DNA of 64,000 nt from Candidatus Woesearchaeota archaeon (GTDB lineage: Archaea > Nanobdellota > Nanobdellia > SCGC-AAA011-G17 > CAYFGV01). Below are positions 48,045 to 57,496 of the stretch, piece after piece (the stretch's first letter is position 1; each line of letters opens with the position of its first letter). The notes under the pieces are model-generated. The model worked only from the letters and a program-made list of their open reading frames with translations. It made no database searches and was not told where the DNA came from. The stretch is from NCBI GenBank assembly GCA_964452525.1, contig CAYVLZ010000005.1, positions 6,979 to 70,978 on the forward strand, written 5' to 3'. The position numbers and the translations under genes are program-made.

Positions 48045-49448
48045 ATGATGAGACAATTTAAGCTACCTCTTTTTATTACTGTACTATTTTTATTATTAGT
48101 TTCTTTTAGCTTTTTAGCTTATGCCAGGGATATAGAGGTTAGTATAGAACCTATAAAAGATACAATTTTTGGAGATCAAACTGCTATTTTTAATGTTACT
48201 ATTCAGAATAACCAGTTAAGAAGTGATAATATAAGGATAAGTAGTTTAGATATTGAATGGGATGTAAATCCTAGCAGTATTAAGATTGATTCTAATTCGG
48301 AGAAGACAATAGAGATTAGATTAATGCCTGTTGGAGAAAGAGAACCTGGAATCAATAGGGCCAATATTGTTTTCTCTTCTTTGACAGACCAGAATATTTT
48401 AACAGAACATTTGTTTAAAATAAAGGTTATTGATCCTAATGAGTTATTATTAATAGATTTTGAGTTGCCTAGTACTATAGATCCTAATGAAGAAAATCTT
48501 ATTCGAGTTATCTTGAGTAATAAGAATGATATTACTTTAGATAACATTACCTTGGAGTTAAAGACAAGTTTCTTTGAAGAAAGCAGGATTTTAAGTTTTG
48601 AGCCTTTTGAAGAAAAAACAGAATTTTTTGTTATTGGATCTGAGCAAGGAATTAGTGAGGGTATGCACGATCTAACTGCAAACATATATTATAATGGTGA
48701 ATTGTATGTTAAAGAAGTAACAGAGCTTGCAGTTGGTTATGGTTATGGTATAGTTGAGGTTGTAAGTCCTGAGTCTGGTTTTTTGGTTACTAAACTGGAA
48801 GTAACTAAGGCGAATAATGGAAATATAACGACTTATGATTTATATAGGAAAGAATTTAGTTCCTTTGAAAAGTTCTTTACTTCTTCTGAACCCGAGCCTG
48901 ATACGGTAAGCAAAGAAGATGGTTATTATGTGATGGAGTGGGAGTTCAATTTATCTCCAGGAGAAGTTAAAACTGTTGTAATAGAAACAAATTATACATG
49001 GTTCTTAATTGGATTGATAGCTTTAGTTTTAGCAATAGTTCTTGTTTATTTATACACCCAAAAGGATATTGTTATAACCAAGAAAATTGGGAGAATAAGT
49101 AGAAATAAGGAGGGAATTTCTACTTTTAGAGTTATGCTGAATATTAAAAATAAGAGAATGAGAGTTTTAAGGAATGTCAAGGTTATGGATAGATTACATG
49201 GCGTTCATGAAATTCCTAAGGACTTTGGTACAATTAAACCTAATAAGGTTATTAAGAAAAATGGAAGTGCAGAATTGATTTGGTATATTCCTCACCTTGG
49301 AAGGGGGGAGGAGATTGTTATTTCTTATAAGCTTACGTCTAAGATAGATACTATTGGTAAATTACATGTGCCTGTGGCTCATGCTAGATATAGTAGAGGA
49401 AAAAGGAGCGTTATTGTAACTTCTAATAAAGTTAAGTTGTTTTCTTAA
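48045..49448 (+). CDS. Surface protein with extracellular Ig-like domains, TM and cytoplasmic Ig-like domain
   Basis: Signal peptide from ATG at 48045, TM near aa 330, basic C-terminal domain. Confidence 0.7.
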   Translation: MMRQFKLPLFITVLFLLLVSFSFLAYARDIEVSIEPIKDTIFGDQTAIFNVTIQNNQLRSDNIRISSLDIEWDVNPSSIKIDSNSEKTIEIRLMPVGEREPGINRANIVFSSLTDQNILTEHLFKIKVIDPNELLLIDFELPSTIDPNEENLIRVILSNKNDITLDNITLELKTSFFEESRILSFEPFEEKTEFFVIGSEQGISEGMHDLTANIYYNGELYVKEVTELAVGYGYGIVEVVSPESGFLVTKLEVTKANNGNITTYDLYRKEFSSFEKFFTSSEPEPDTVSKEDGYYVMEWEFNLSPGEVKTVVIETNYTWFLIGLIALVLAIVLVYLYTQKDIVITKKIGRISRNKEGISTFRVMLNIKNKRMRVLRNVKVMDRLHGVHEIPKDFGTIKPNKVIKKNGSAELIWYIPHLGRGEEIVISYKLTSKIDTIGKLHVPVAHARYSRGKRSVIVTSNKVKLFS

Positions 49449-50942
49449 TCACTTTATTTTTATTGTTTCTTTAACAAAACTTTTTGCATAATTTAAGTTG
49501 GTTTTGTTGTCAGAATATATCGTAAATAGTTTGTGCCCTTTATTTACCTTATCTTTTGTTTTTACGTATAGATATATTCCGGCTTCTTTGTCCTGAGGAG
49601 ATCCGGCAATTCTTGCAATCTTATTTATTTTTTTTATATCTATTGAACTAATGATTCCGGTTTTGCTCGCTTTGACTGTATGGGAAAATTTTCCTATTCT
49701 TAATTGTGAGGGTAGGATGTTGGGGTTTCCTTCTTGTGCTTTAATTATTTCCTTCATCCTTTTGTAGGCAAGACCTGAATCTAAAATACTTTTAACAAGA
49801 GTTTCTGATTTTTTTATCCCAACCATTTTTAAGATTATGCTAGCCATCTTGATGGATTTTCTTTCTAAGTCTTTTGGCGCTTTTTCATCTCTTTTTAATA
49901 TGTAAAGTACGTCTCTGGCTTCTAGGTTCGGACCTATTCCGTTTCCTATTGGTTGTGAACCATCTGTTAGTATTACTTTTATCTTTATACCTAATCTTCT
50001 CCCTATTCTTTTGAATTTTAATTTTAGTCTCTTGCCTTCTCTTATTGATTTTATTTTAGAATCTTTTCCGATTGGTAAATCTATTAGTACATGGGTTGCA
50101 TTAACTGCAGCTTTTTTTGCAAGTATACTGCTAATTAACATTGCTTCTGGGTCTAAGCTTAGAGAATGTCTTACTTTTATGAGTTTGTCATCTGCGCTTG
50201 CTAATTCTATTGCACCTCCCCATGCTATAAAGGCGTTTGTTTTTTTGATTATTTTTTTTAATTTTTTAATCGGCAAGTTTACTTTTGCTAAACTTTCCAT
50301 GGTGTCTGCGGTCCCGCTCGCAGAAGTTATGCTTCTTGAACTTGTTTTGGGAATGGTTAGATTGGCTGCAGCTAGAATTGGTACTACTATCATAGTTGTT
50401 CTATTTCCTGGAATTCCTCCAGAACAATGTTTGTCTACTATTATCTTTCTATTAATCTTTATTTGAGAGCCATTTTTAACTATGGCTTTTGTTAGGTAGG
50501 TAATTTCTCTTTCATCTAGCCCATGATTATAACAAGCAGAAACAAAATATGCTAGTTCTATTTCTGTTAGTTCGTTTGCTACTAGATCTTTCACTATAAT
50601 ATTGATCTCTTTTTCATTTAATTTTTTACCTTCAAGTTTTTTCTTTATCAATTCTATAGATTCTGGTATTGTTACTGGGAAGATTTTTACTTTTTGTTTA
50701 TCTTTAACTTTTAAAATATCTAGAACTTCTTCAAACAATCCTATTTTTCCTTTTTTAATGCCCTTGTCACTCTCTGATATATCTACTGCTGCTATTATTT
50801 GTTTTTTTCCTTTTTTTATCTTTATTCTATCCAATGCTTGGAGATCTAGTTTTTCTGCATCTTTATAGTTGAGTATTACTATTAACGGACCTCCAGAAGA
50901 GATATCTACGTCTTTAACTTTTAATAACATTTTTTTCCTCAT
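49449..50942 (-). CDS. AMP (NMP) phosphorylase
   Basis: DKHCSGGIPGNRTT, PKTSSRSITSASGTAD, ASADD, TDGSQPIGNGIGP.LEA, AGSPQDKEAG. Confidence 0.93.
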   Translation of the reverse strand: MRKKMLLKVKDVDISSGGPLIVILNYKDAEKLDLQALDRIKIKKGKKQIIAAVDISESDKGIKKGKIGLFEEVLDILKVKDKQKVKIFPVTIPESIELIKKKLEGKKLNEKEINIIVKDLVANELTEIELAYFVSACYNHGLDEREITYLTKAIVKNGSQIKINRKIIVDKHCSGGIPGNRTTMIVVPILAAANLTIPKTSSRSITSASGTADTMESLAKVNLPIKKLKKIIKKTNAFIAWGGAIELASADDKLIKVRHSLSLDPEAMLISSILAKKAAVNATHVLIDLPIGKDSKIKSIREGKRLKLKFKRIGRRLGIKIKVILTDGSQPIGNGIGPNLEARDVLYILKRDEKAPKDLERKSIKMASIILKMVGIKKSETLVKSILDSGLAYKRMKEIIKAQEGNPNILPSQLRIGKFSHTVKASKTGIISSIDIKKINKIARIAGSPQDKEAGIYLYVKTKDKVNKGHKLFTIYSDNKTNLNYAKSFVKETIKIK

Positions 50943-51921
50943 AGAATTTGAAGAAAGTGATAGTCAATGCTAATATTAAAGGACCGATTATAACACCCAC
51001 TAAGCCGAACATTTTTATCCCTCCTACTAATCCTAGTAAGACAATTATTGGATGTATCTTGATCTTTGAGCTTATTAATCGAGGTTTTATTACATTATCC
51101 ACAGAGCTGATTATTATTGTACCATAGATTAGGAGCAGGATACCATTTATTACGTTTCCAGTGAATAATAAATATATTCCTGCTGGAACCCAGATCAAAA
51201 ATGGACCCACGATGGGAAGTATGGACATTGTGGCCATTACCACACCCCAGAACAAAGCGTTTGAAATACCAAATATTTTGAAACCTATTGCTCCCGCTAT
51301 TCCCTGTGCTATTCCAGCTACGATTAGACCAAATATAACAGACTTTGTAACTACGGCAAATTCTTTTATGACCTCTTCTTTATGTTTATTGTCTACAGGT
51401 AAAACTCTCTTTAATGTTTCTAGTAGATTTTCTTTGTCCTTAAGAACGTAGAAGAATGTAAACAGTATTACGAAGAGGGAGAATAACTTTCTTGGTATTG
51501 ATAATAAGAATTCTGGTATGGTTCCTGTTATTATATTAGTGATCTCTGATCTTGCTTCAGAAATATAGGTGCTGACGTCTATCCTGCTTCCTATTACCGA
51601 ACTTATTGCGTTAGATATCTCAGCTTCATCAATAGATCTTATTGAAGAATAAATGTTGAAGACCTCTTTTAATAATATGTTTGCTGCGAATATTGCTGGA
51701 ATTAATATTAAGATTATTAGAATAATTAACATTACGTAAGATGTTATTTTTTTATTTTTTATTTTTTTGTTCAGTTTTTTGAATAGTGGATAGAAGACGA
51801 AAGCTAATACTATTGCGGTTAGTACTGCATTTATGAAAGGGAGAATTATTTTAAATGATAAAATTATGAGTAATACTAACAATGCTAGAAAGAAATATTT
51901 TCTATGATTTCTGTTTTTCAT
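50914..51921 (-). CDS. AI-2E family transporter
   Basis: LAFVFYPL, AQG, LPIVGP..WVP, DNVIKPRL, HPIIVLLGLVGG..GP. Confidence 0.92.
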   Translation of the reverse strand: MKNRNHRKYFFLALLVLLIILSFKIILPFINAVLTAIVLAFVFYPLFKKLNKKIKNKKITSYVMLIILIILILIPAIFAANILLKEVFNIYSSIRSIDEAEISNAISSVIGSRIDVSTYISEARSEITNIITGTIPEFLLSIPRKLFSLFVILFTFFYVLKDKENLLETLKRVLPVDNKHKEEVIKEFAVVTKSVIFGLIVAGIAQGIAGAIGFKIFGISNALFWGVVMATMSILPIVGPFLIWVPAGIYLLFTGNVINGILLLIYGTIIISSVDNVIKPRLISSKIKIHPIIVLLGLVGGIKMFGLVGVIIGPLILALTITFFKFYEEKNVIKS

Positions 51922-52006
51922 ACTACCTTTTTGGATTATGGTTATAAAAGCTTTTTGTTTACGCTGGTGTAGAAATGTTTATAAAAAACTTTGACTTGTG
52001 TTTACT

Positions 52007-52342
52007 ATGGTTCCTACTATAGTTGGTTTTGTCGAGAAAGTTAGAATAGCAGATAAGCAAATAATGGCTAGAGTAGATACTGGAGCTACAATTAGTTCGA
52101 TAAACAAGACTTTGGTGGATAGCCTTGGTCTAGGGCCTGTTGTTAGAACTACTAAGGTTGCTAGTGCTCAAGGAAAGCAGGTTAGGCCGATTGTCATAGT
52201 TGATTTAGAAATTGCAGGGAAGAATCTTAAAGCAGAGTTTAGTGTAGCTAATAGGGACCACATGGAATATCAGATATTGATAGGAAGGAACATCCTGAAG
52301 CATGGTTTTTTGATTGATCCTAGGAAGGAATTTAAAAAATGA
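52007..52342 (+). CDS. RimK-associated retropepsin-like putative protease
   Basis: ARVDTGA..RP..R..M.Y.ILIGRN; overlaps rimK. Confidence 0.88.
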   Translation: MVPTIVGFVEKVRIADKQIMARVDTGATISSINKTLVDSLGLGPVVRTTKVASAQGKQVRPIVIVDLEIAGKNLKAEFSVANRDHMEYQILIGRNILKHGFLIDPRKEFKK

Positions 52343-53412
52343 AAGTGGCGCTGATTGGTTTGGGAGGAGATACTACTAAGTCAATAATCAGAGAATGTAT
52401 CGGATACTTCAAGAAGGCAGATTTTTTAGATATAAGGAAATTAAAGTTACATATAAGTTCTGATAGCGTTGAGGTATTTTATGATGATAATAATCTTGAG
52501 GATTATGATTGCGTTTATTGTAGAGGAAGTCATAAATATGCCTTGTTGTTGACGGGGATTACGGAGGCTTTAAATAGCAAATGTTATATGCCTGTCTCTA
52601 GTAACGCTTTTTTAGCTTGCCATAATAAATTTTTAACTTCTATGGAACTTCAAAAGGCCAATATTCTTATGCCTAGGACTTTCTTGGCATCTAATAGTAA
52701 TGCTGCTAAGAAGATTTTAGAAGAGATCCACTACCCTGTTATTATTAAAATACCTAGTGGAACTCATGGAAAAGGTGTAATGTTTGCTGATAGTAGGAGT
52801 AGTGCTAAGAGCGTCATAGACACCTTAGAAGTTTTTAATCAATCCTATATCATACAGGAATATGTTGAAACTGATGCTACAGATATAAGGGCGGTAGTTC
52901 TTGGAGATAGGGTTATTTCTGCTATGAAAAGAAAAGCTGCTAAAGATGAATTAAGAGCTAATCTCCACATGGGAGGAATGGGAATTGCTACCAATGTTAG
53001 TGAGGAAGTAGAGAGATTGGCTGTAAGGTCTGCAAAGGCCTTAGGTCTTGATATTTGCGCTGTTGATCTACTAGAGGGAGCTAAAACAAGCGTTTTAGAA
53101 GTTAATGTTAGTCCAGGTCTTAGGGGGATAAGTGAAGTTACTAAAAGAAATATAGCTAGAGATGTTGCTAAATTTTTATATGATAAAACTTGTAATTTTA
53201 AAAACATTAAAAAGAAAGAAGGATATGATGACATAATTAATGGTTTAGATAAGAAGATTAACAATCAGTTTCTGTCTAACCTAGATATAAAATTAGGTAG
53301 GATAAGATTGCCGGGAGCAGCCACTAAGTTAAGTGGTTTAACTGAGCATGACGAAGTTATGATTAAGGCTGATAGAGGAAAGATAATTATAACTAAGTCA
53401 GATGTTAAATGA
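52339..53412 (+). CDS. rimK: RimK-family ATP-grasp ligase with C-terminal AbrB-like extension
   Basis: YPVIIK..GTHGKGV, IQEYV, DIRAVV, RANLHMGG, AVD, LEVNVSPG. Confidence 0.88.
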   Translation: MKVALIGLGGDTTKSIIRECIGYFKKADFLDIRKLKLHISSDSVEVFYDDNNLEDYDCVYCRGSHKYALLLTGITEALNSKCYMPVSSNAFLACHNKFLTSMELQKANILMPRTFLASNSNAAKKILEEIHYPVIIKIPSGTHGKGVMFADSRSSAKSVIDTLEVFNQSYIIQEYVETDATDIRAVVLGDRVISAMKRKAAKDELRANLHMGGMGIATNVSEEVERLAVRSAKALGLDICAVDLLEGAKTSVLEVNVSPGLRGISEVTKRNIARDVAKFLYDKTCNFKNIKKKEGYDDIINGLDKKINNQFLSNLDIKLGRIRLPGAATKLSGLTEHDEVMIKADRGKIIITKSDVK

Positions 53413-53448
53413 AAAGATTTTTAAATCATTAACTTTCTGCTCTTTAAG

Positions 53449-54138
53449 ATGAAAGTTGCAATTTTGTTTAGCGGAGGAAAAGATTCTGTTAATGCTGTAG
53501 CTTTAGCTAAAGAAAAAGGATGGGATATTGATTATTTGCTTAGTGTTAAGCCTTCTAGAACAGATTGTTATTTGTTTCATTACGCTACTGTTGAATATAC
53601 TAAAGAGTTAGCTGAAATATTTGGTTTAAAGCATATATTAACTGGATGTGATGTAGCTGATCCTGAGAAGGAAGCAGAAATTATTAAAAATATTGTCAAA
53701 GATAATCCAGTTGATGCTGTTGTACTTGGAGGTGTTGGACTTCAGGAAACTCAGATCAATAGCATTAGAAAAGCTTTGAGTTCTTTAGGAGTAGAAGTTT
53801 TTGCTAGTCATGCTGAAGAAGATTCTTTAAAGTTGATGAATGAGATGATAAAGAATGGTTATGAGATTGTGATTACCGAGATAGCTTCTGATGGATTAAC
53901 TGAAGAACATATAGGTTTAAAGTTAGATGCTGAGAACTTCCCAAAATTTGTTGAATTGTCTAGAAAATATGGCTTTGAGGTTTTGGGAGAAGGTGGATAC
54001 TATAACACCTTGGTTGTAGATGGTCCTATTTTTGATAAAAGATTAGAAATTATTGACTCTGAGAAAGTTATGGAATCTGAAAATGTTGGATATCTAAAAG
54101 TGAATCAAGTTAAGATGTCTAAAAAAGTCATTCAATAG
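53449..54138 (+). CDS. dph6: Diphthine--ammonia ligase
   Basis: LFSGGKDS, YLFH, GEGG..TLVVDGP.F. Confidence 0.88.
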   Translation: MKVAILFSGGKDSVNAVALAKEKGWDIDYLLSVKPSRTDCYLFHYATVEYTKELAEIFGLKHILTGCDVADPEKEAEIIKNIVKDNPVDAVVLGGVGLQETQINSIRKALSSLGVEVFASHAEEDSLKLMNEMIKNGYEIVITEIASDGLTEEHIGLKLDAENFPKFVELSRKYGFEVLGEGGYYNTLVVDGPIFDKRLEIIDSEKVMESENVGYLKVNQVKMSKKVIQ

Positions 54139-54685
54139 GGTCCACTTCATATAATTCTTGTCCATACTCTACGGGTTCTCCATTTTCAACTTCTACTTTT
54201 TTAATTTTTGCCTTATTGACTTTTTCTGATACTCTGTAATCTTCTGGTTCTATTTCTTCGTAGAAACAAGTTCCCAGGTTTACGTTTCTTCTTTCCTCCG
54301 GTTTTACTAATTTTACTTCGTTTGGTATTTTGAGAGCTTCTATTATTCCTATTGTGTCTCCAATCGATACTTCTTCTCCTTCTTCTATAGATATTCCAAG
54401 TATTTTATCAAATCTATAAAAGGTTCCTACTGAGGGGGATAAAATAAAATATCTATTTACTTTTCCTTCTAGATTTTCTTCATCACTCTTTATTGTTAAT
54501 TTTTCATTTTTTTTGTCTTTAACCATTGTTATTTTTAAGTTTATTTTGGATAGTGCCGGGATTATTTTTCCTTTATAATCTAGATACACCTCATGACCTT
54601 TTTCTTTTTGTTCTTCTAATAATTCTAGTAATTTGTTTAAATAATGCTTTCCAGATAGATATTCTTTTATAAGTTCAAAGCCCAT
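54128..54685 (-). CDS. Biotin carboxyl carrier-like protein (biotinyl/lipoyl domain)
   Basis: SPSVGTFYR..G..V..GDTIGIIEALKIPNEV..VENGEPVEYGQEL. Confidence 0.8.
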   Translation of the reverse strand: MGFELIKEYLSGKHYLNKLLELLEEQKEKGHEVYLDYKGKIIPALSKINLKITMVKDKKNEKLTIKSDEENLEGKVNRYFILSPSVGTFYRFDKILGISIEEGEEVSIGDTIGIIEALKIPNEVKLVKPEERRNVNLGTCFYEEIEPEDYRVSEKVNKAKIKKVEVENGEPVEYGQELYEVDPIE

Positions 54686-54729
54686 CTGCTTTGGTATCTT
54701 TTCAAACTATATAAATATTAAGAAAATTT

Positions 54730-55992
54730 TTATAATCCCCATTTTTTAATTGCTGTTTTTAGTTCTGGATGCGACTGTGCGTACTTCTTTAGAGTTATGT
54801 TCTGTAGTGATGCGTCTAGAGCTTGTTTAATTGCTTTTGCACCTTCTTTTGGCCCTCTGGGATGTCCGAATAAACCCCCCCCAAATTGGCATATTATGTC
54901 GTTTCCAAGGTATTTCATAAGTTTGGGTATTTGTGTTGGATATAAACCTCCGCTGCAAATTGCGAAAGTTGGTTTGATGTGATGCCAATTTTCAGCTAGA
55001 GTGTGGTTTGCTTCATCTTCCTTTATTATTTTCTTTTCTATTTCTTCTCCTATGTGCTGAACCTCTCTTTTACTTCCGGACATTTTTCCTATTATTGTGC
55101 CTATGTGGAGTTGGTCTATCCCTAATAATCTTGAAACATCAGCTATTACTAACATTGATACTCCGTGTTTGGGGTTTCTGGTTATTGCTGCGTGCCCGCT
55201 TCTATGGCCATGAATTATTAATTCTAGATTTTCATCCCTTAATGTTTGTAGAGATGACCAACCAGAAGTTATTATGTCTATCATGCAAAATCTTCCACCA
55301 TTTTCTTCTACAAATTTAGCTCTTTTAATCATTTCTTTAGTTTCTGCTGTTATGTTTGCTACGTAACCTTTTTTTTCTCCCGTTTCCTTTTCTACTTTTT
55401 TTCTCATCTTGAGAGTTAGTTTTACTCTTCTCTTAAATTGGTTAAAATTTAGGTTTCCTAGATTTTCGTCTTCTTTTATCATATCCATTCCGTTTTTCCA
55501 GAGAATGTAAGCGTTTTTAGCCTGTTCTTGAGAAGATAGCCCTACTTTTGGTTTTATTATGCTTCCAATTAGTGGACGTTCATGTACCTTTAGAATTTTT
55601 CTTATTCCAGGAATTCCGTATCTAGGTCCTTTAAAGCTTTTAATTATTTTATAAGGCCATTGTATATCTTCTAATCTCAGATTTTTAATTGCTTTCATAC
55701 CAAAAATGTTCCCTGCAATGCTTGAAAGTATTTGCGGCATATTTCCTTGTTCAAATAGTTGAGAAGGGTAAGCTATTTTTGTCCAGTTGCCTTTTATAGA
55801 GAATACCTTTGCTCCTATTTTTCTTATACTGGGTTTCATGGTTGATATTTTTGTCCAGGTTCCTATAGAAGATTCAGAAGCAATTTTCTCTGAAGCACTC
55901 TTAACACTTAACCCTTTTACGGGTTCTATGTAAAATGAACAGATTAGATCGTTTTGGGTTGGCTTATAATTTAGATTTACATATTTTAACAT
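54730..55992 (-). CDS. rbcL: Form III RuBisCO large subunit
   Basis: ASESSIGTW, IAGNIFG, KPKVGL, DMIKEDENL (KxDE), HGHR, QLHIGT..GKM, SGGL, QFGGG..GHP. Confidence 0.95.
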   Translation of the reverse strand: MLKYVNLNYKPTQNDLICSFYIEPVKGLSVKSASEKIASESSIGTWTKISTMKPSIRKIGAKVFSIKGNWTKIAYPSQLFEQGNMPQILSSIAGNIFGMKAIKNLRLEDIQWPYKIIKSFKGPRYGIPGIRKILKVHERPLIGSIIKPKVGLSSQEQAKNAYILWKNGMDMIKEDENLGNLNFNQFKRRVKLTLKMRKKVEKETGEKKGYVANITAETKEMIKRAKFVEENGGRFCMIDIITSGWSSLQTLRDENLELIIHGHRSGHAAITRNPKHGVSMLVIADVSRLLGIDQLHIGTIIGKMSGSKREVQHIGEEIEKKIIKEDEANHTLAENWHHIKPTFAICSGGLYPTQIPKLMKYLGNDIICQFGGGLFGHPRGPKEGAKAIKQALDASLQNITLKKYAQSHPELKTAIKKWGL

Positions 55993-57431
55993 TTTAGCAC
56001 CTTAGGAAGATCTTTTAAAGTTTTAATTATAAAATCTGGATTTTTCTTTTTTAAATTTTTCTTTGGAGTATTTCCACTAAGTACCGCAACAGTTCTTATT
56101 CCAGCTTTTTTTCCAGCTATTATATCATAGATTGAATCGCCTACCATGTAATCAGCTCTGATGTGTAGAAGCTTTTCTGCCCTGAATATCTCATCGGGAG
56201 CTGGCTTTGGTTCTTTTACGTCATCGTAACCGACTATTACATCAAATAAATTTATACTTATTCCTGCTGTGCTTAACAGTATTTCTATTTGCCTATGGGT
56301 GCAGTTTGATACTATAGCAAGTTTGTATTTTTTTCTTAATCTTTTTAGAGTAGACACTACTCCTTTGAAGGGTTTGATGTATTTTTTTGTCTCTTTTATT
56401 AGTATTTTATGCCTATCTTTTCTTATTTTTTCTATTTTTTTCTTCGATAACTTCGGATACAGTTTTTTTATAATCTTTGTTCCTAACATGCCAAACATAC
56501 TTTTAAGTTTTTCTGGATCTGTTTCTGGTAAGTTGTTTTTTTTGAAAGCTTTGTTGTAAGATAGAATATGTGATTTATTTGCATCTAATAAAGTATGGTC
56601 CATATCTAGACATATTAATTCTTTTATGGATTTGTATTCTTTTTTGACTTTTTTAATAAACTCTTTTGGCTTTAGGATTCCTAGTTCAGAGATTATGCCT
56701 GTTATGTGTTTTGGATTTATTATTTCAAAAGCAGGGTTTTTAATTTTTATTTTTCTGGGTGCATTTTTCCAAATCTCTTTGAAATTTCTTTGTTCTATGT
56801 CTACTCTTCTTGGCGAGAATTTCCAAGAGTCTGTTACTATGTAAACGGGAATTTTATGGTGATAAGCTATCTCAGCAAACATTCCCGAGCCTATTTTATT
56901 TATTACGGAGCCATCTGATAGTATAGCATCACAACCTAAAAGAACTAAATTTACTTTTTTCATTGTTTGGCTTTTTTTTAGCGCCACTCCTGCAGCAGAG
57001 TCCACCACTTGTGTTACATCTATTCCTAGTTTAGACAGCTCTTTTGCTGTTTTTCTTCCTTGATATAATGGACGCGTTTCTGTATTAAAAACTTTAAAAT
57101 TCTTACCTTGTTTTTTAGCCTCTTTTAATACTGAAATAACTGTAGAGCTGTGACAATGTGTAAATATTGTTGAATTGTTCTTTATTTTTCTGGTACCGAA
57201 TTTGTTTATTTTTTCTAGTGCTTCATTAAAGTGGTTCAGGGTGGTTTCAATTCCGTAGTCTTCTGCATAATCAAGAGCATTTTTTAGCATAGGTTCTGTG
57301 GGCCTTAAGCTTAGAAGCTTCTTTTTTGAAATCCCCTTTAACTTTAAACATTTAACGGCAGCTTTGGCTATATTCTGTGCACCCTGAATTCTTAAGGTTT
57401 TAATGTCTTTATACAACTTAGAAGTTTGCAT
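55986..57431 (-). CDS. Ribose-1,5-bisphosphate isomerase fused to a C-terminal HAD phosphatase
   Basis: N-terminal: IQGA, RPTEP, THCHSS, ETRP..QG, GCDAI..NKIGS, NPAFE. C-terminal: LDMDHTL, IVSN, KPAPD, VGDSIYD. Confidence 0.92.
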   Translation of the reverse strand: MQTSKLYKDIKTLRIQGAQNIAKAAVKCLKLKGISKKKLLSLRPTEPMLKNALDYAEDYGIETTLNHFNEALEKINKFGTRKIKNNSTIFTHCHSSTVISVLKEAKKQGKNFKVFNTETRPLYQGRKTAKELSKLGIDVTQVVDSAAGVALKKSQTMKKVNLVLLGCDAILSDGSVINKIGSGMFAEIAYHHKIPVYIVTDSWKFSPRRVDIEQRNFKEIWKNAPRKIKIKNPAFEIINPKHITGIISELGILKPKEFIKKVKKEYKSIKELICLDMDHTLLDANKSHILSYNKAFKKNNLPETDPEKLKSMFGMLGTKIIKKLYPKLSKKKIEKIRKDRHKILIKETKKYIKPFKGVVSTLKRLRKKYKLAIVSNCTHRQIEILLSTAGISINLFDVIVGYDDVKEPKPAPDEIFRAEKLLHIRADYMVGDSIYDIIAGKKAGIRTVAVLSGNTPKKNLKKKNPDFIIKTLKDLPKVLKC

Positions 57432-57496
57432 AACAGATTTCTAATTTTTCGTTATTTAAACTTTTCCAAAAATTATATAAAGTCGGTACTTACAAT

